In this document: positions 35,828 through 44,636 of the stretch, one piece after another
Layout of the letters: each line of letters starts with the position of its first letter
Position numbering within the stretch: the stretch's first letter is position 1
From: Thermoproteota archaeon
GTDB lineage: Archaea > Korarchaeota > Korarchaeia > Korarchaeales > Korarchaeaceae
Assembly (NCBI GenBank): GCA_027491915.1
Contig: JAOZGC010000004.1
Location: 32,001 to 96,000 of the forward strand
Reading direction: 5' to 3'
Length of the DNA stretch: 64,000 nucleotides
The notes under the pieces: generated by a model
Seen by the model: the letters and a program-made list of their open reading frames with translations, nothing else
Told to the model about the DNA's origin: nothing
The model's database searches: none
Made by a program: the position numbers and the translations under genes

Positions 35828-38494
35828 ATGAACTGGAGAAAGGCAGCTCTGGCTGCGGCCCTGCTGGCCGTGATGGGTCTCACGACCGTCCCGGCCGCGG
35901 CTCAGCCCAGACTGAAGGACTTCCCGGCTCCATTCGTCCAGAACGGCGCCATAGACTACAACGGAGACGGCGTTCCCGACATCGCCATAATACTGGGATC
36001 CAACGCGGCCGCCGAGGACGTCAGGGGCGCAGCCCTCATAGGGACCAAGATAGGCTCCCACCTCTACTACACCAAGGCGCCCAACTTCGGGGCGTTCAGG
36101 ATACCCGAGCTGACCGCCGACGCCTACCACTACGCCTTCACCAGGTTCCACTTCGTCAACGGGAGCGCCCAGGAGAGGCACGGCTTCTACTTCGTCAGCG
36201 GCGCCGGGGTGACCTTCCCGCCGTTCAGCTCCATCAACCCGGCGGGAGACAGGGGCCTCGTGATGTACCACCTGGCGTACGCCATGGAGGACATGGCGAC
36301 CCACGACATAGTGCCCGACTACCTCTTCGTCCCCAGGGACAACACCAACTTCACCGTGACCTCGACCATAGCCCCGTGCCCCGCCTGCCCCATGTTCACC
36401 CAGACCACCAGGTGCGTCTACCCCAACATAACCTACAGCGCGGCCGCCATACTGACCGACAACCAGAGGGACCAGCTCACCGGCGGGTCCGGGGCCGTCC
36501 TCTTCGCCGGACTCAGGCCCACCGGGACCGTCTGGTTCATCGACTACAGGGCCTCGGACAACACCACTGCAGACGCCGTGGTGTTCTGGAACGGCACCGT
36601 CAGAACTCAGGTGGCCGCGGGTAACCGTTACTACATAAACGCCACCGACTGGTGGCTCCAGGACAACGGCGTGACCGCCCCCGACAACCGCATGGTCTAC
36701 TACCCGAACGCCTCCGGCTTCGCCATGATCTACCAGACCACCCCGGTCCACACCGCCATCCTCAATGAGGGACAGGAGTACTACATACCGTTCCTGGGCT
36801 ACACCTTCTACGTCGAGGACGTGAACCTGGACAACACCACCATCATAGTGAGGGACTCCAGCGGCTCCGCCGTGACCATAATGACCCTGATATACACCGC
36901 GCTGGCCAGCGGGACCGACCCGGTGGTGGACAAGCTCTTCATATCCTACAGGGACCTCGGCGGCATGAGGATACTGGACCCCGAGGGCAACAACATGACC
37001 TTCTTCATATACGTCTACAGGGTCGACAACATAAACCAGCGCTGGATAGAGGTCGGCATAAGCAGCCCCTGGATCGACAAGGACGTCTTCATCGATAACG
37101 ACACCACCGGAATGGCCGAGTCCTGGCCCAGGGAGTGGAACCTCACCCCGACCTGGGCTCCCGGGTTCCTCAACTGGACCATCCACTACGAGGACGGCGA
37201 CCCGTACTTCATAGGCAACATAACCCTGGCCGACGTGAACGCCGCCGGCGCCATAGGGGCCAAGTTCAGGTCGGTGGTCTCCGTCAAGGCCGACCCGTGG
37301 AACACGCTGCCCTACAGTCCCATATACGGCATAGTCAGCTACGGGTCCATCTGGAACTGGTCCGCATCGGCGTGGTACGACGGACCGTTCTGGTACGTGA
37401 TCTACGACAACGGCACCTGGCCCTACGGCCAGACCAAGACCTTCGGGTCCAACGAGTTCATACTGACCGCCATAGTCAACAACTCCAGCGCCCCGCTCGG
37501 CTGCTCCATGCCGGCCTGCAACTCCACCGGGTTCGGCGTCTACCTCTACGAGGCGGGCGAGCAGAACCTCACCGAGGGCTTCTGCAACCTCACCGGCAGC
37601 CTGTTCTTCCTCGGTAGGCGTCCCCCTGCCCCCGGCGCACCCAACCTCTCCCAGGACTTGATTGAGTGGTTCTGGTTCCTGCCTGGCGCCAACCCGGCTC
37701 CGTTCCACTACGAGACCTGGGACATATTCCCGATCAACGTGACCGGCGTCTTCGCCGGCGCCTACGACAGGTTCGAGAACGTCACCGGCAACTGGACCGG
37801 CACCATAGTGCTCGACGCCTACAACAGGGACGTCACCCCCGCCGACGAGAAGGACCAGCTCTTCGAGCTGGAGGACGTCTTCAGCTTCGTCAAGGCCCCG
37901 CTGGTCTTCATGGACTACCAGTTCCTCATGCCCAACGGCTCCGTCAACGAGGACCTGGCCGACAAGAACCTCATCGTGGTGGGCGGTCCGGTGGCCAACA
38001 CCGTGGCCGACTTCCTCAACGACAGCGGCCTCCTGTGGGTCGAGTACGTCGGTGACAGGCTCTTCGACACCAGGTTCAGGCACGACGGCACCGTCGAGGA
38101 GCTCGGCTACGTCGACCTCGCGGCCGTCAGGCTCTGGACCGGCGGCGCGACCGTCGGGTTCATCGGCGGCCTCGGCGTGGTCCAGTACGCCAAGGACGAC
38201 CCGTGGGGCGGCGACAACACCATCCTCGTGGTGGCCGGCAACAACAGGTGGGGAACCTACGCCGCCGCGGTGGCCATCTCCGACCCGACCAAGATAATCA
38301 GGGACGGATACAGCCCGGCCGTGTTCTACCTGGCCGGCACCGACGAGAGCGAGCACCCGCCGTTCGTCATAGTGGCCGCCATCGTCCCTGGAGTCGCTCC
38401 GCCCGCCGCGTGGGTGCCGCCCACCGAGCGCGGAGTGATCCAGATCGAGTGGCCCACCGGCATCGTCAACGAGCCCGTGGAGCTCGGGGGCTGA
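35828..38494 (+). CDS. Major S-layer glycoprotein (Methanococcus/Thermococcus-type N- and C-terminal domains)
   Basis: Signal peptide; PFVQNG..IILGSNAAAEDV N-domain; KNLIVVGGPVAN..ILVVAG..GT.AAA C-domain; many N-x-S/T sequons; extreme C/G-ending codon bias. Confidence 0.88.
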   Translation: MNWRKAALAAALLAVMGLTTVPAAAQPRLKDFPAPFVQNGAIDYNGDGVPDIAIILGSNAAAEDVRGAALIGTKIGSHLYYTKAPNFGAFRIPELTADAYHYAFTRFHFVNGSAQERHGFYFVSGAGVTFPPFSSINPAGDRGLVMYHLAYAMEDMATHDIVPDYLFVPRDNTNFTVTSTIAPCPACPMFTQTTRCVYPNITYSAAAILTDNQRDQLTGGSGAVLFAGLRPTGTVWFIDYRASDNTTADAVVFWNGTVRTQVAAGNRYYINATDWWLQDNGVTAPDNRMVYYPNASGFAMIYQTTPVHTAILNEGQEYYIPFLGYTFYVEDVNLDNTTIIVRDSSGSAVTIMTLIYTALASGTDPVVDKLFISYRDLGGMRILDPEGNNMTFFIYVYRVDNINQRWIEVGISSPWIDKDVFIDNDTTGMAESWPREWNLTPTWAPGFLNWTIHYEDGDPYFIGNITLADVNAAGAIGAKFRSVVSVKADPWNTLPYSPIYGIVSYGSIWNWSASAWYDGPFWYVIYDNGTWPYGQTKTFGSNEFILTAIVNNSSAPLGCSMPACNSTGFGVYLYEAGEQNLTEGFCNLTGSLFFLGRRPPAPGAPNLSQDLIEWFWFLPGANPAPFHYETWDIFPINVTGVFAGAYDRFENVTGNWTGTIVLDAYNRDVTPADEKDQLFELEDVFSFVKAPLVFMDYQFLMPNGSVNEDLADKNLIVVGGPVANTVADFLNDSGLLWVEYVGDRLFDTRFRHDGTVEELGYVDLAAVRLWTGGATVGFIGGLGVVQYAKDDPWGGDNTILVVAGNNRWGTYAAAVAISDPTKIIRDGYSPAVFYLAGTDESEHPPFVIVAAIVPGVAPPAAWVPPTERGVIQIEWPTGIVNEPVELGG

Positions 38495-38504
38495 GAGGCC
38501 CCCA

Positions 38505-38525
38505 ACCCCCCTCTTTTTTCTTCCT
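38505..38525 (+). terminator. Oligo-T terminator after the S-layer gene
   Basis: CCCCCCTCTTTTTTCTTCC shortly after the stop codon. Confidence 0.6.
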
Positions 38526-38756
38526 GACGGATCCTATTCTCTCTGACCCTTCCGGGGGACGAAGATCGCGGGCCGAAGGTCGCCTCTCGAGAATTCCTCT
38601 CGCCTTCTCCTTTTATCTCATCCCCTCGGGAGATCCGGCCGAACCTCTCCGGTTCCCGACCTGGAGGGGCCGCCCTCCGTCGGGAGTGGGCCGCGCCTCC
38701 CGTGTCCCCCGTAGTCCATTTTTAAGTCCCACCCGGACGGCCCGCCCGGTAGGCTC

Positions 38757-41237
38757 ATGGGGAGAAGGAAGAAGGGGTGGACCGCCAGGGTCGCGGCCGC
38801 GTCCCTCGCGATCCTGGCCGCGGCTTCCCTGGCCGGGTCTCGGACCTCGGCGGACGTGACCGAGGCCCAGATACTGGACTCTATCGCCAGGTTCAGCGCG
38901 TTCGTCACGGACGAGATCCCGGAGGCCCAGACCGTCGGCGGCGACTACACCTACGTCTTCGTGGGCGGGGTCCTCTACGTCAACGTCGGGTACTCCGGCT
39001 GGGAGCCCCACCTGGTGGCCAACTCCCTGGCCCTCGAGTCCCTGAGCTTCCTCCTCAAGAACGCCGATCTCCTGGGGATGGGGGGCGACTCCGAGAGGCT
39101 GGGCAAGGCCAGGAGGATAGCCGAGTCCATATGCGAGTTCCTGCTCAGGCAGTCCTCCGACAGGCTGTCGGGATCCCTGTGGGCGGGGCTCAGCGGCAGG
39201 TTCGTCGACATGACCGCCTCCTACTACGCGCTGAGGGGGCTTATGGAGGCCGCCGAGGCGGGAGTCATCTCGACCTCCGACCAGGACCTCAGGGCCGTGG
39301 TCGCGTCCCTGGTGGCCCTGCAGAACACCGACGGCGGCTACGGCATAAGCCCCGGCCACTCCCAGAGGGACCTGTCGGAGTCGAACCTGCTCACCACCTC
39401 CATGGCCCTCGACGTGCTCGTCAGGGCCAAGAGGCTGGGGTTCGGCTCCACGGTGGGCGGCCTGGACGGGGCCATAGAGAGGGCCGTCGCCTACCTCCAG
39501 GGTTCCTCGGTCAGGCAGGGGGACCAGGTCAAGTGGGAGGGTTTCAAGTTTCAGGGATACCCCCTCTCCGACGAGGAGGTCACCGTTAGGGTGGCCGGGA
39601 CCCTGGCCAGGGCCGACCTGGACGGCGTGCCCGTGGACGAGGACGTGCTGGCCGGGGCGGCCGGGTACATAACCAACTACGCCTCGCTCAACCCGAGGTG
39701 GGACGAGGCGCCGGACGTGCTCCACTCCCTCCTGCTGATGAGCAGCCTGGGGCTCGTGGAGACCCGCGTGGTCAAGGGACTGGCCCTCCAGGGGGCCAAC
39801 ATAGAGACCCTGCTGAACAACCAGTACGAGGACGGGCTGTGGTACCCCCCCGGAGGGCCGGGGGACCCCATATCCGGGCTCGACTTCTCGACCAAGGTGG
39901 CCTCCTTCCTGCTGGACTGGGCGAAGATAGTCTCGCTGGACGTCACCCTCTCCGCCTCCGGCAGGGGGTACTTCGGAGACTCGGATCCCCCGAGGCTGGT
40001 CGAGTCGGGCGTCGTGGGGATCACGATCTCCGTGGCCAACTCCGGCACGTCCAACCGGCTGATCTCGGTCTCCCACGACTCCCCCCCTGGTCTGGACGTC
40101 GTCAACGAGACCCAGGGCCCGATATCCGTGCCCCCCGGGGGGGAGGGCAGGTACACCCTGACCTTCAGGGCCCCCGAGGTCGTCTCGGAGCCCACCACCC
40201 TGGTCATGACCTTCTCCCTGCGGGACGCCTCCTCCGGGGATCCCCTGTACACCAGGAGGGTGACCCTGGAGATTGTGAGGGACGCCCGGCTGAAGATAAT
40301 ATCGAAGACGGCCTCTCCCCAGAGGGTGAGGCTGGGGGGGACCGTCACGGTCAGCGTGACCGTGAAGAACGTGGGGGACGTGCCCGCCCAGGGCTGCACC
40401 ATATGGGAGGACCTGGCCGACGGGTTCGTCCTGACCCAGGCCGGCAACTACTCCGAGGTGGCCGCCGCCTCGACCACCGGCTACCCGTACCTCTCCTTCA
40501 TACCGGCCGGCAGGCAGATCGAGTACACGTACACCCTCAGGGCCGAGAGGGCCGGGCCCGGCGAGGTGAGCCTCTCCACCACGAAGATATCCTACTCCAA
40601 CTCACTGGGCGACATCCTGAACGCCACGAAGGAGGTCTTCGTCACCGTGGAGAGGCCCCTGGTCGAGACGACCCTGAACGCCAGCGAGGTCGAGCTGGAG
40701 TGGGGTCAGGGGGCGGCCGTCAGGGTGGACGTGACCAACGAGGGGAACGCCGCCAGCGGGGGGGTCAGTCTCAGGGTGAAGTTCGGCGGAGACCTCGACC
40801 TCGAGGTGGCCGGGGAGAACGTCTCCATCAGCAGGCCGTCGGAGAACGAGTACTACCTGGACCTGGGCGGGTTGGATCCTAACGAGACGAGGAGCGTCGT
40901 CTTGAAGATCTCGACCAGCGCCATCTACCTGAACCTAGGCTCCGAGACCCGAATAGACGTGATCACCACCTACCTCGACCCGGACGGGAGGGTGTTCCAG
41001 GGCTTCGAGGACAGCGACTCCGCCGACGTGATCCTCCTGATGTCCACCTCGGTTAAGGTCGCCGCGGGGATAGTCTCCGGCCTGATCGCCCTGCTGGCCG
41101 CCGTGAGGCTGTCGGCCTACAGGAGGCGCAAGAAGAGGGAGGCCCGGTACAGATACAGGGCCTACAGGCCATCGTCCCGCGCCAGGAGGACCGGTAGGTC
41201 GGCTCGCGGTATCAGGAGCAGGAGGGGGGAGAAGTAA
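38757..41237 (+). CDS. Surface protein: prenyltransferase/squalene-cyclase-like alpha-toroid domain, DUF11/CARDB-like beta-sandwich repeats, C-terminal TM
   Basis: Signal peptide; LQNTDGGYG and QYEDGLW QW-type repeats; VTVSVTVKNVG and VTNEG motifs; TM plus Arg-rich tail. Confidence 0.72.
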   Translation: MGRRKKGWTARVAAASLAILAAASLAGSRTSADVTEAQILDSIARFSAFVTDEIPEAQTVGGDYTYVFVGGVLYVNVGYSGWEPHLVANSLALESLSFLLKNADLLGMGGDSERLGKARRIAESICEFLLRQSSDRLSGSLWAGLSGRFVDMTASYYALRGLMEAAEAGVISTSDQDLRAVVASLVALQNTDGGYGISPGHSQRDLSESNLLTTSMALDVLVRAKRLGFGSTVGGLDGAIERAVAYLQGSSVRQGDQVKWEGFKFQGYPLSDEEVTVRVAGTLARADLDGVPVDEDVLAGAAGYITNYASLNPRWDEAPDVLHSLLLMSSLGLVETRVVKGLALQGANIETLLNNQYEDGLWYPPGGPGDPISGLDFSTKVASFLLDWAKIVSLDVTLSASGRGYFGDSDPPRLVESGVVGITISVANSGTSNRLISVSHDSPPGLDVVNETQGPISVPPGGEGRYTLTFRAPEVVSEPTTLVMTFSLRDASSGDPLYTRRVTLEIVRDARLKIISKTASPQRVRLGGTVTVSVTVKNVGDVPAQGCTIWEDLADGFVLTQAGNYSEVAAASTTGYPYLSFIPAGRQIEYTYTLRAERAGPGEVSLSTTKISYSNSLGDILNATKEVFVTVERPLVETTLNASEVELEWGQGAAVRVDVTNEGNAASGGVSLRVKFGGDLDLEVAGENVSISRPSENEYYLDLGGLDPNETRSVVLKISTSAIYLNLGSETRIDVITTYLDPDGRVFQGFEDSDSADVILLMSTSVKVAAGIVSGLIALLAAVRLSAYRRRKKREARYRYRAYRPSSRARRTGRSARGIRSRRGEK

Positions 41238-41258
41238 TTGTGAGAGGGGGGCGATTCC

Positions 41259-41870
41259 GTGGTGGATAAGAAGAGGATCTTGGGGGCCGCCGCGGCCGCG
41301 GCCCTGCTCTTGGCGGCCCTGGCCGCCCTGTGGATCATGGTCGCGAACAGGCCGCCCCCTCCCTACACGCTGGTCCTCGTCTACTCGGACGAGGACGCCT
41401 CCTCCTACCCCGAGGCGCTGGGGAAGGGCGGCTACGCCATAACCATGCTGGTCGGGATAATGACCGGGGGGTACCTCAACCAGTCTAACACCCTGGTGAT
41501 ATCCCCCCGGCAGCTGGACTCGGTCAGGGGCCCCAACACCTCCTACGTGCTGGTAAGGGGGCCCAACTGGGGCGCGGACTCCCTCGGGCTTAGGGTCTTT
41601 CTTGACAACAGGACCGTCGTCGTGGAGGGTAGGAGCGAGGAAGAGCTCGAGATGGCCATAGACAGACTCCTGGTATCCATAGCCGGGGAGAACGCCCTCG
41701 ACGTATCTCCAAGGGGCGATCAACTCGTCGTCCTCTCACCCTCGGGCCAGAGGGTGGGGGTCCAGTGGCTCGGCGGGAAGAGGCTGGACGAGGTGCTGGC
41801 CGTCCCGCTGCTCGGGGGCTCGGGGGAGGACGTCAGGGAGGCGGTTCTGGACGGACTGGCCCGAGGCTAG
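41259..41870 (+). CDS. N-terminally anchored hypothetical surface protein
   Basis: N-terminal TM; VLVRGPN and TVVVEG..E..MAIDRL motifs reminiscent of the S-layer C-terminal alpha/beta domain. Confidence 0.6.
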   Translation: MVDKKRILGAAAAAALLLAALAALWIMVANRPPPPYTLVLVYSDEDASSYPEALGKGGYAITMLVGIMTGGYLNQSNTLVISPRQLDSVRGPNTSYVLVRGPNWGADSLGLRVFLDNRTVVVEGRSEEELEMAIDRLLVSIAGENALDVSPRGDQLVVLSPSGQRVGVQWLGGKRLDEVLAVPLLGGSGEDVREAVLDGLARG

Positions 41871-41962
41871 CGGGCCCGGCGGGACTCGAACCCGCGGCCT
41901 GCGGCTCTCCCCGGCTGACCCGTAGAAGGCCGCCGCTCTGGTCCGTGCTGAGCTACGGGCCC
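41871..41962 (-). tRNA. tRNA-Arg(TCT) with 16-nt intron at position 37/38 (intron 41907-41922)
   Basis: GGGCCCG acceptor stem; GCGGC-CTTCTA[CGGGTCAGCCGGGGAG]A-GCCGC; the intron can form a bulge-helix-bulge. Confidence 0.93.
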
Positions 41963-42019
41963 GGTTCGATGGTGGACGAATCCCAAATTAATATGTTGCG
42001 TGGCCGCCGCGACGATGGG

Positions 42020-44179
42020 ATGATGAGGTCCATCTCGTCGGGGGACTGGAGGAGGGTGCTGGCGGCCGCCCTGTGCGTCGCGGCGGCCGCGTCCCTGGGG
42101 GCGCCCCCGGCGGCCCCCTCGGCAGCCTCCAAGACCTACGACTGGAAGGACGTGGTGCTGGAGAACAACTCTGTCATGCTCATAGGGCCATTCTCCGTGT
42201 ACGTCACGGTGAGCAACCCGCCCGGAGGGACCACCGTCCTCTACACGGCGAAGATAAAGAAGGGGGACGTGGTCTGCGAGACTGCCCAGGTCTCCAGCCT
42301 CCTCGAGTCCGACGTCAAGGTCGTCCGCGAGGGGTGCGGGGGAGGGAACGCGGCCTTCACGTTCAAACTCTACGGCGAGGCCTCGGCGGCCGAGGGGCCG
42401 ACCAAGATAAAGTTCGACATACTGGACGCCATCTACTCGCCGGAGACGAAGCTCGACCTGTCCACGTCGGCCAACCGAACCCTCTCGACCAACGAGACCC
42501 AGCTGGTGGTGGACGTGCCCATCTCCGTGACCAACGTCGGGTGGATAACCCCGACGGAGGCCCACATGGCGGTCGGCTACGGCAGGGTCGAGGGGAACGA
42601 GAGCGCCCACATGAGCCTCGTGACTACGATCCCGCCGGTCGCGGATCCGACCAACTTCACCCTCCAGCCGCCGATGCCCGGCCTCAGCAGGAACTACACC
42701 TACCAGTTCTCGCTGGACGCGGGGGGCAGGGCGTACGCCAAGTTCACCCTGACCTTCACCCTGACCTACCCGGCGGACTTCGAGAAGGACGAGCAGCACT
42801 CGACGGCGACGCACGAGGTGTGGAGGTACTCCCCCGGGAGGGAGGTGACCAAGACCCTGACATTCGACTTCGTCGTCGGTGCTCGCTACAAGAACGTGGG
42901 CCAGCCCAGCATGCAGCTCAGGCTGAACCACTCCCAGCTGGTGGCCCAGCCCGGCAGCTCGCTCAGCTTCACCCTCAACATAGAGAACAGGGGGACCGGG
43001 GACGCGTACAACGTCAGCATATACCTGGGGGTCGAGCCGGAGGTCCCCCGGATAGTGCTCACCAGCCCGGACGTGCCCGGCCTCACGGGGGAGCCCTTCA
43101 CCGGGATGATGTCCCGCCCCCTCCTGATAAGGAAGTTCCCGAAGAACGCCTACTCTCCGCCCATAAAGTTCAACGTGGTGTTCCCGGAGGACGTCTACCT
43201 CTCCGACACGGTGTTCACCGTGACCATCCTGGTCGAGTGGCAGAACGCCCTGGGCAAGTGGTTCAACCAGACCCTGACCAGGCAGATAGTGTCGCAGGAG
43301 CCCACCCACCCCAGCATATCCGTCAGCAAGAGGGTGTCCGCCGACAGGATAGGGGTCAACGGGACGGTCGCCGTGTTCGTCCTGGTGACCAACACGGGGG
43401 ACGCGCCGGCGACCGACGTGACGATAACCGACTCCTTCCCGGAGGAGTTCTTCGAGCTGGTGCAGGGCTCCGCCTCGGCGAGCATCAGGACCCTCCCGCC
43501 CGGCGGCAACGCCACAGTGAGCTACAGGCTGAGGGCCCTTAAGGAGGGCGTGGCCACCCTGCCGCCGGCCCAGGTCGACTACTACGACAGGGACGTGCCC
43601 CACACGGAGTTCTCCAACGGAGGGTACGTCACCGTGGTCATGCCCCGGGTCTCCCTCGAGGTCATACAGCTGCCGCCGAGCCCCATGCTGGTCAGGGAGA
43701 CCGCGGACCTGAGGTTCGTCCTGACCAACCAGGGCACCGGTACTGCCAGGGACGTCTCCATCACCGTCATAATCCCCAGGGGGGTGGACGTCATAGACGC
43801 CCAGGGCGACGGCCTGCTGCCGCTGACCAGGACCGAAGACCTCGGGTGGAACGTCTCCTACAGGATAGAGTCGATAGAGCCGGGGTCCAGCGTCGCATGC
43901 GGGATCACCGTGTCTCCCCTCGCCCAGGGCAGGTACCTGATCAACGTGACCAACGCCACCTTCTGGTCTCCCGACGGGGCGGCCCGCTTCGACGTGGAGG
44001 GGGCCTCGGCCCTCCAGGCCAACTTCACCGCCATAGTCCCCTACTCCTTCAGGGTCTTCGCCTCCGTTGCCTTCGCCGGCATGGTGGCCGCCGTCGGGGT
44101 GGGGGTCTACCTGGCTGCCAGGGGGCCGTCGCTGCCGGGCTTCAGGAAGGCCCGCCCCAGGCTCGGCCCGGGGGGCTAG
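42020..44179 (+). CDS. Surface glycoprotein with DUF11/BatD-like beta-sandwich repeats and C-terminal TM
   Basis: Signal peptide; repeated (I/V/L)xNxGxGxAxxV motifs; ITDSFP; sequons; C-terminal TM. Start reassigned downstream of the tRNA and TATA. Confidence 0.75.
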   Translation: MMRSISSGDWRRVLAAALCVAAAASLGAPPAAPSAASKTYDWKDVVLENNSVMLIGPFSVYVTVSNPPGGTTVLYTAKIKKGDVVCETAQVSSLLESDVKVVREGCGGGNAAFTFKLYGEASAAEGPTKIKFDILDAIYSPETKLDLSTSANRTLSTNETQLVVDVPISVTNVGWITPTEAHMAVGYGRVEGNESAHMSLVTTIPPVADPTNFTLQPPMPGLSRNYTYQFSLDAGGRAYAKFTLTFTLTYPADFEKDEQHSTATHEVWRYSPGREVTKTLTFDFVVGARYKNVGQPSMQLRLNHSQLVAQPGSSLSFTLNIENRGTGDAYNVSIYLGVEPEVPRIVLTSPDVPGLTGEPFTGMMSRPLLIRKFPKNAYSPPIKFNVVFPEDVYLSDTVFTVTILVEWQNALGKWFNQTLTRQIVSQEPTHPSISVSKRVSADRIGVNGTVAVFVLVTNTGDAPATDVTITDSFPEEFFELVQGSASASIRTLPPGGNATVSYRLRALKEGVATLPPAQVDYYDRDVPHTEFSNGGYVTVVMPRVSLEVIQLPPSPMLVRETADLRFVLTNQGTGTARDVSITVIIPRGVDVIDAQGDGLLPLTRTEDLGWNVSYRIESIEPGSSVACGITVSPLAQGRYLINVTNATFWSPDGAARFDVEGASALQANFTAIVPYSFRVFASVAFAGMVAAVGVGVYLAARGPSLPGFRKARPRLGPGG

Positions 44180-44251
44180 GTGGGCGCGGGGCGGGCGCCA
44201 AGTTTTATTACGGCGGGGCGCCCCGCGGCCCGCTGAGGGGTGATCTCGCGG

Positions 44252-44584
44252 ATGGGTATGGAGTACGTGTACGCCGCCCTCATGCTCCACGAGCTGGGCA
44301 AGCCCATAGAGGAGGAGGCCCTCTCCGCCGTCTTGAAGGCGGCCGGGGTGGAGCCGGACGAGGCCAGGGTGAAGCAGCTCGTCGAGTCGCTCTCCGAGGT
44401 GGACATAGACGAGGTGATCAGCTCGGCCGCGGCGGCTCCGGTGGCCGCCCCGGTGGTCTCCGCCGCTGAGGCCAAGGCGGAGGAGAAGGAGAAGGGGAAG
44501 GAGGAGGAAGAGGCGAAGGAGAAAGAGAAGGAGAAGGAAGAGGAGGAGGCCGCCATAGCCGGCCTCGGGGCGCTCTTCGGGTGA
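44252..44584 (+). CDS. rpl12: Ribosomal stalk protein P1/L12
   Basis: [11 protein letters not shown], Ala-rich hinge, acidic tail, GLGALFG. Confidence 0.97.
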   Translation: MGMEYVYAALMLHELGKPIEEEALSAVLKAAGVEPDEARVKQLVESLSEVDIDEVISSAAAAPVAAPVVSAAEAKAEEKEKGKEEEEAKEKEKEKEEEEAAIAGLGALFG

Positions 44585-44636
44585 GCGCCCCTCACTTTTT
44601 AAGACCCCCGACCGACCAACGGTCGGGAGCCCTCAC

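Noticed and set aside
35717-38356. 879-aa antisense ORF opposite the S-layer gene (likewise 41867-44290, 18844-21147, 22490-24973 and many shorter ones)
   Set aside because: Shadow ORFs expected from strong C/G-ending codon bias; no recognisable motifs, and they overlap well-supported genes
35457-41962. 27-nt direct repeat GGCGGGACTCGAACCCGCGGCCTGCGG near 35465 and 41878 flanking the S-layer genes, resembling attL/attR of an integrated element
   Set aside because: Both copies are the T-arm region of complete, different tRNAs (Thr and Arg); there is no integrase, and the enclosed genes have host-like codon usage
41765-42019. N-terminal 85 codons of the 804-aa ORF in the track
   Set aside because: They overlap the upstream gene and tRNA-Arg; the TATA and signal peptide place the start at 42020. 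Similar over-extended starts were trimmed for PCNA, radA, rpoH, porG, rps27e, mre11 and the oxidase
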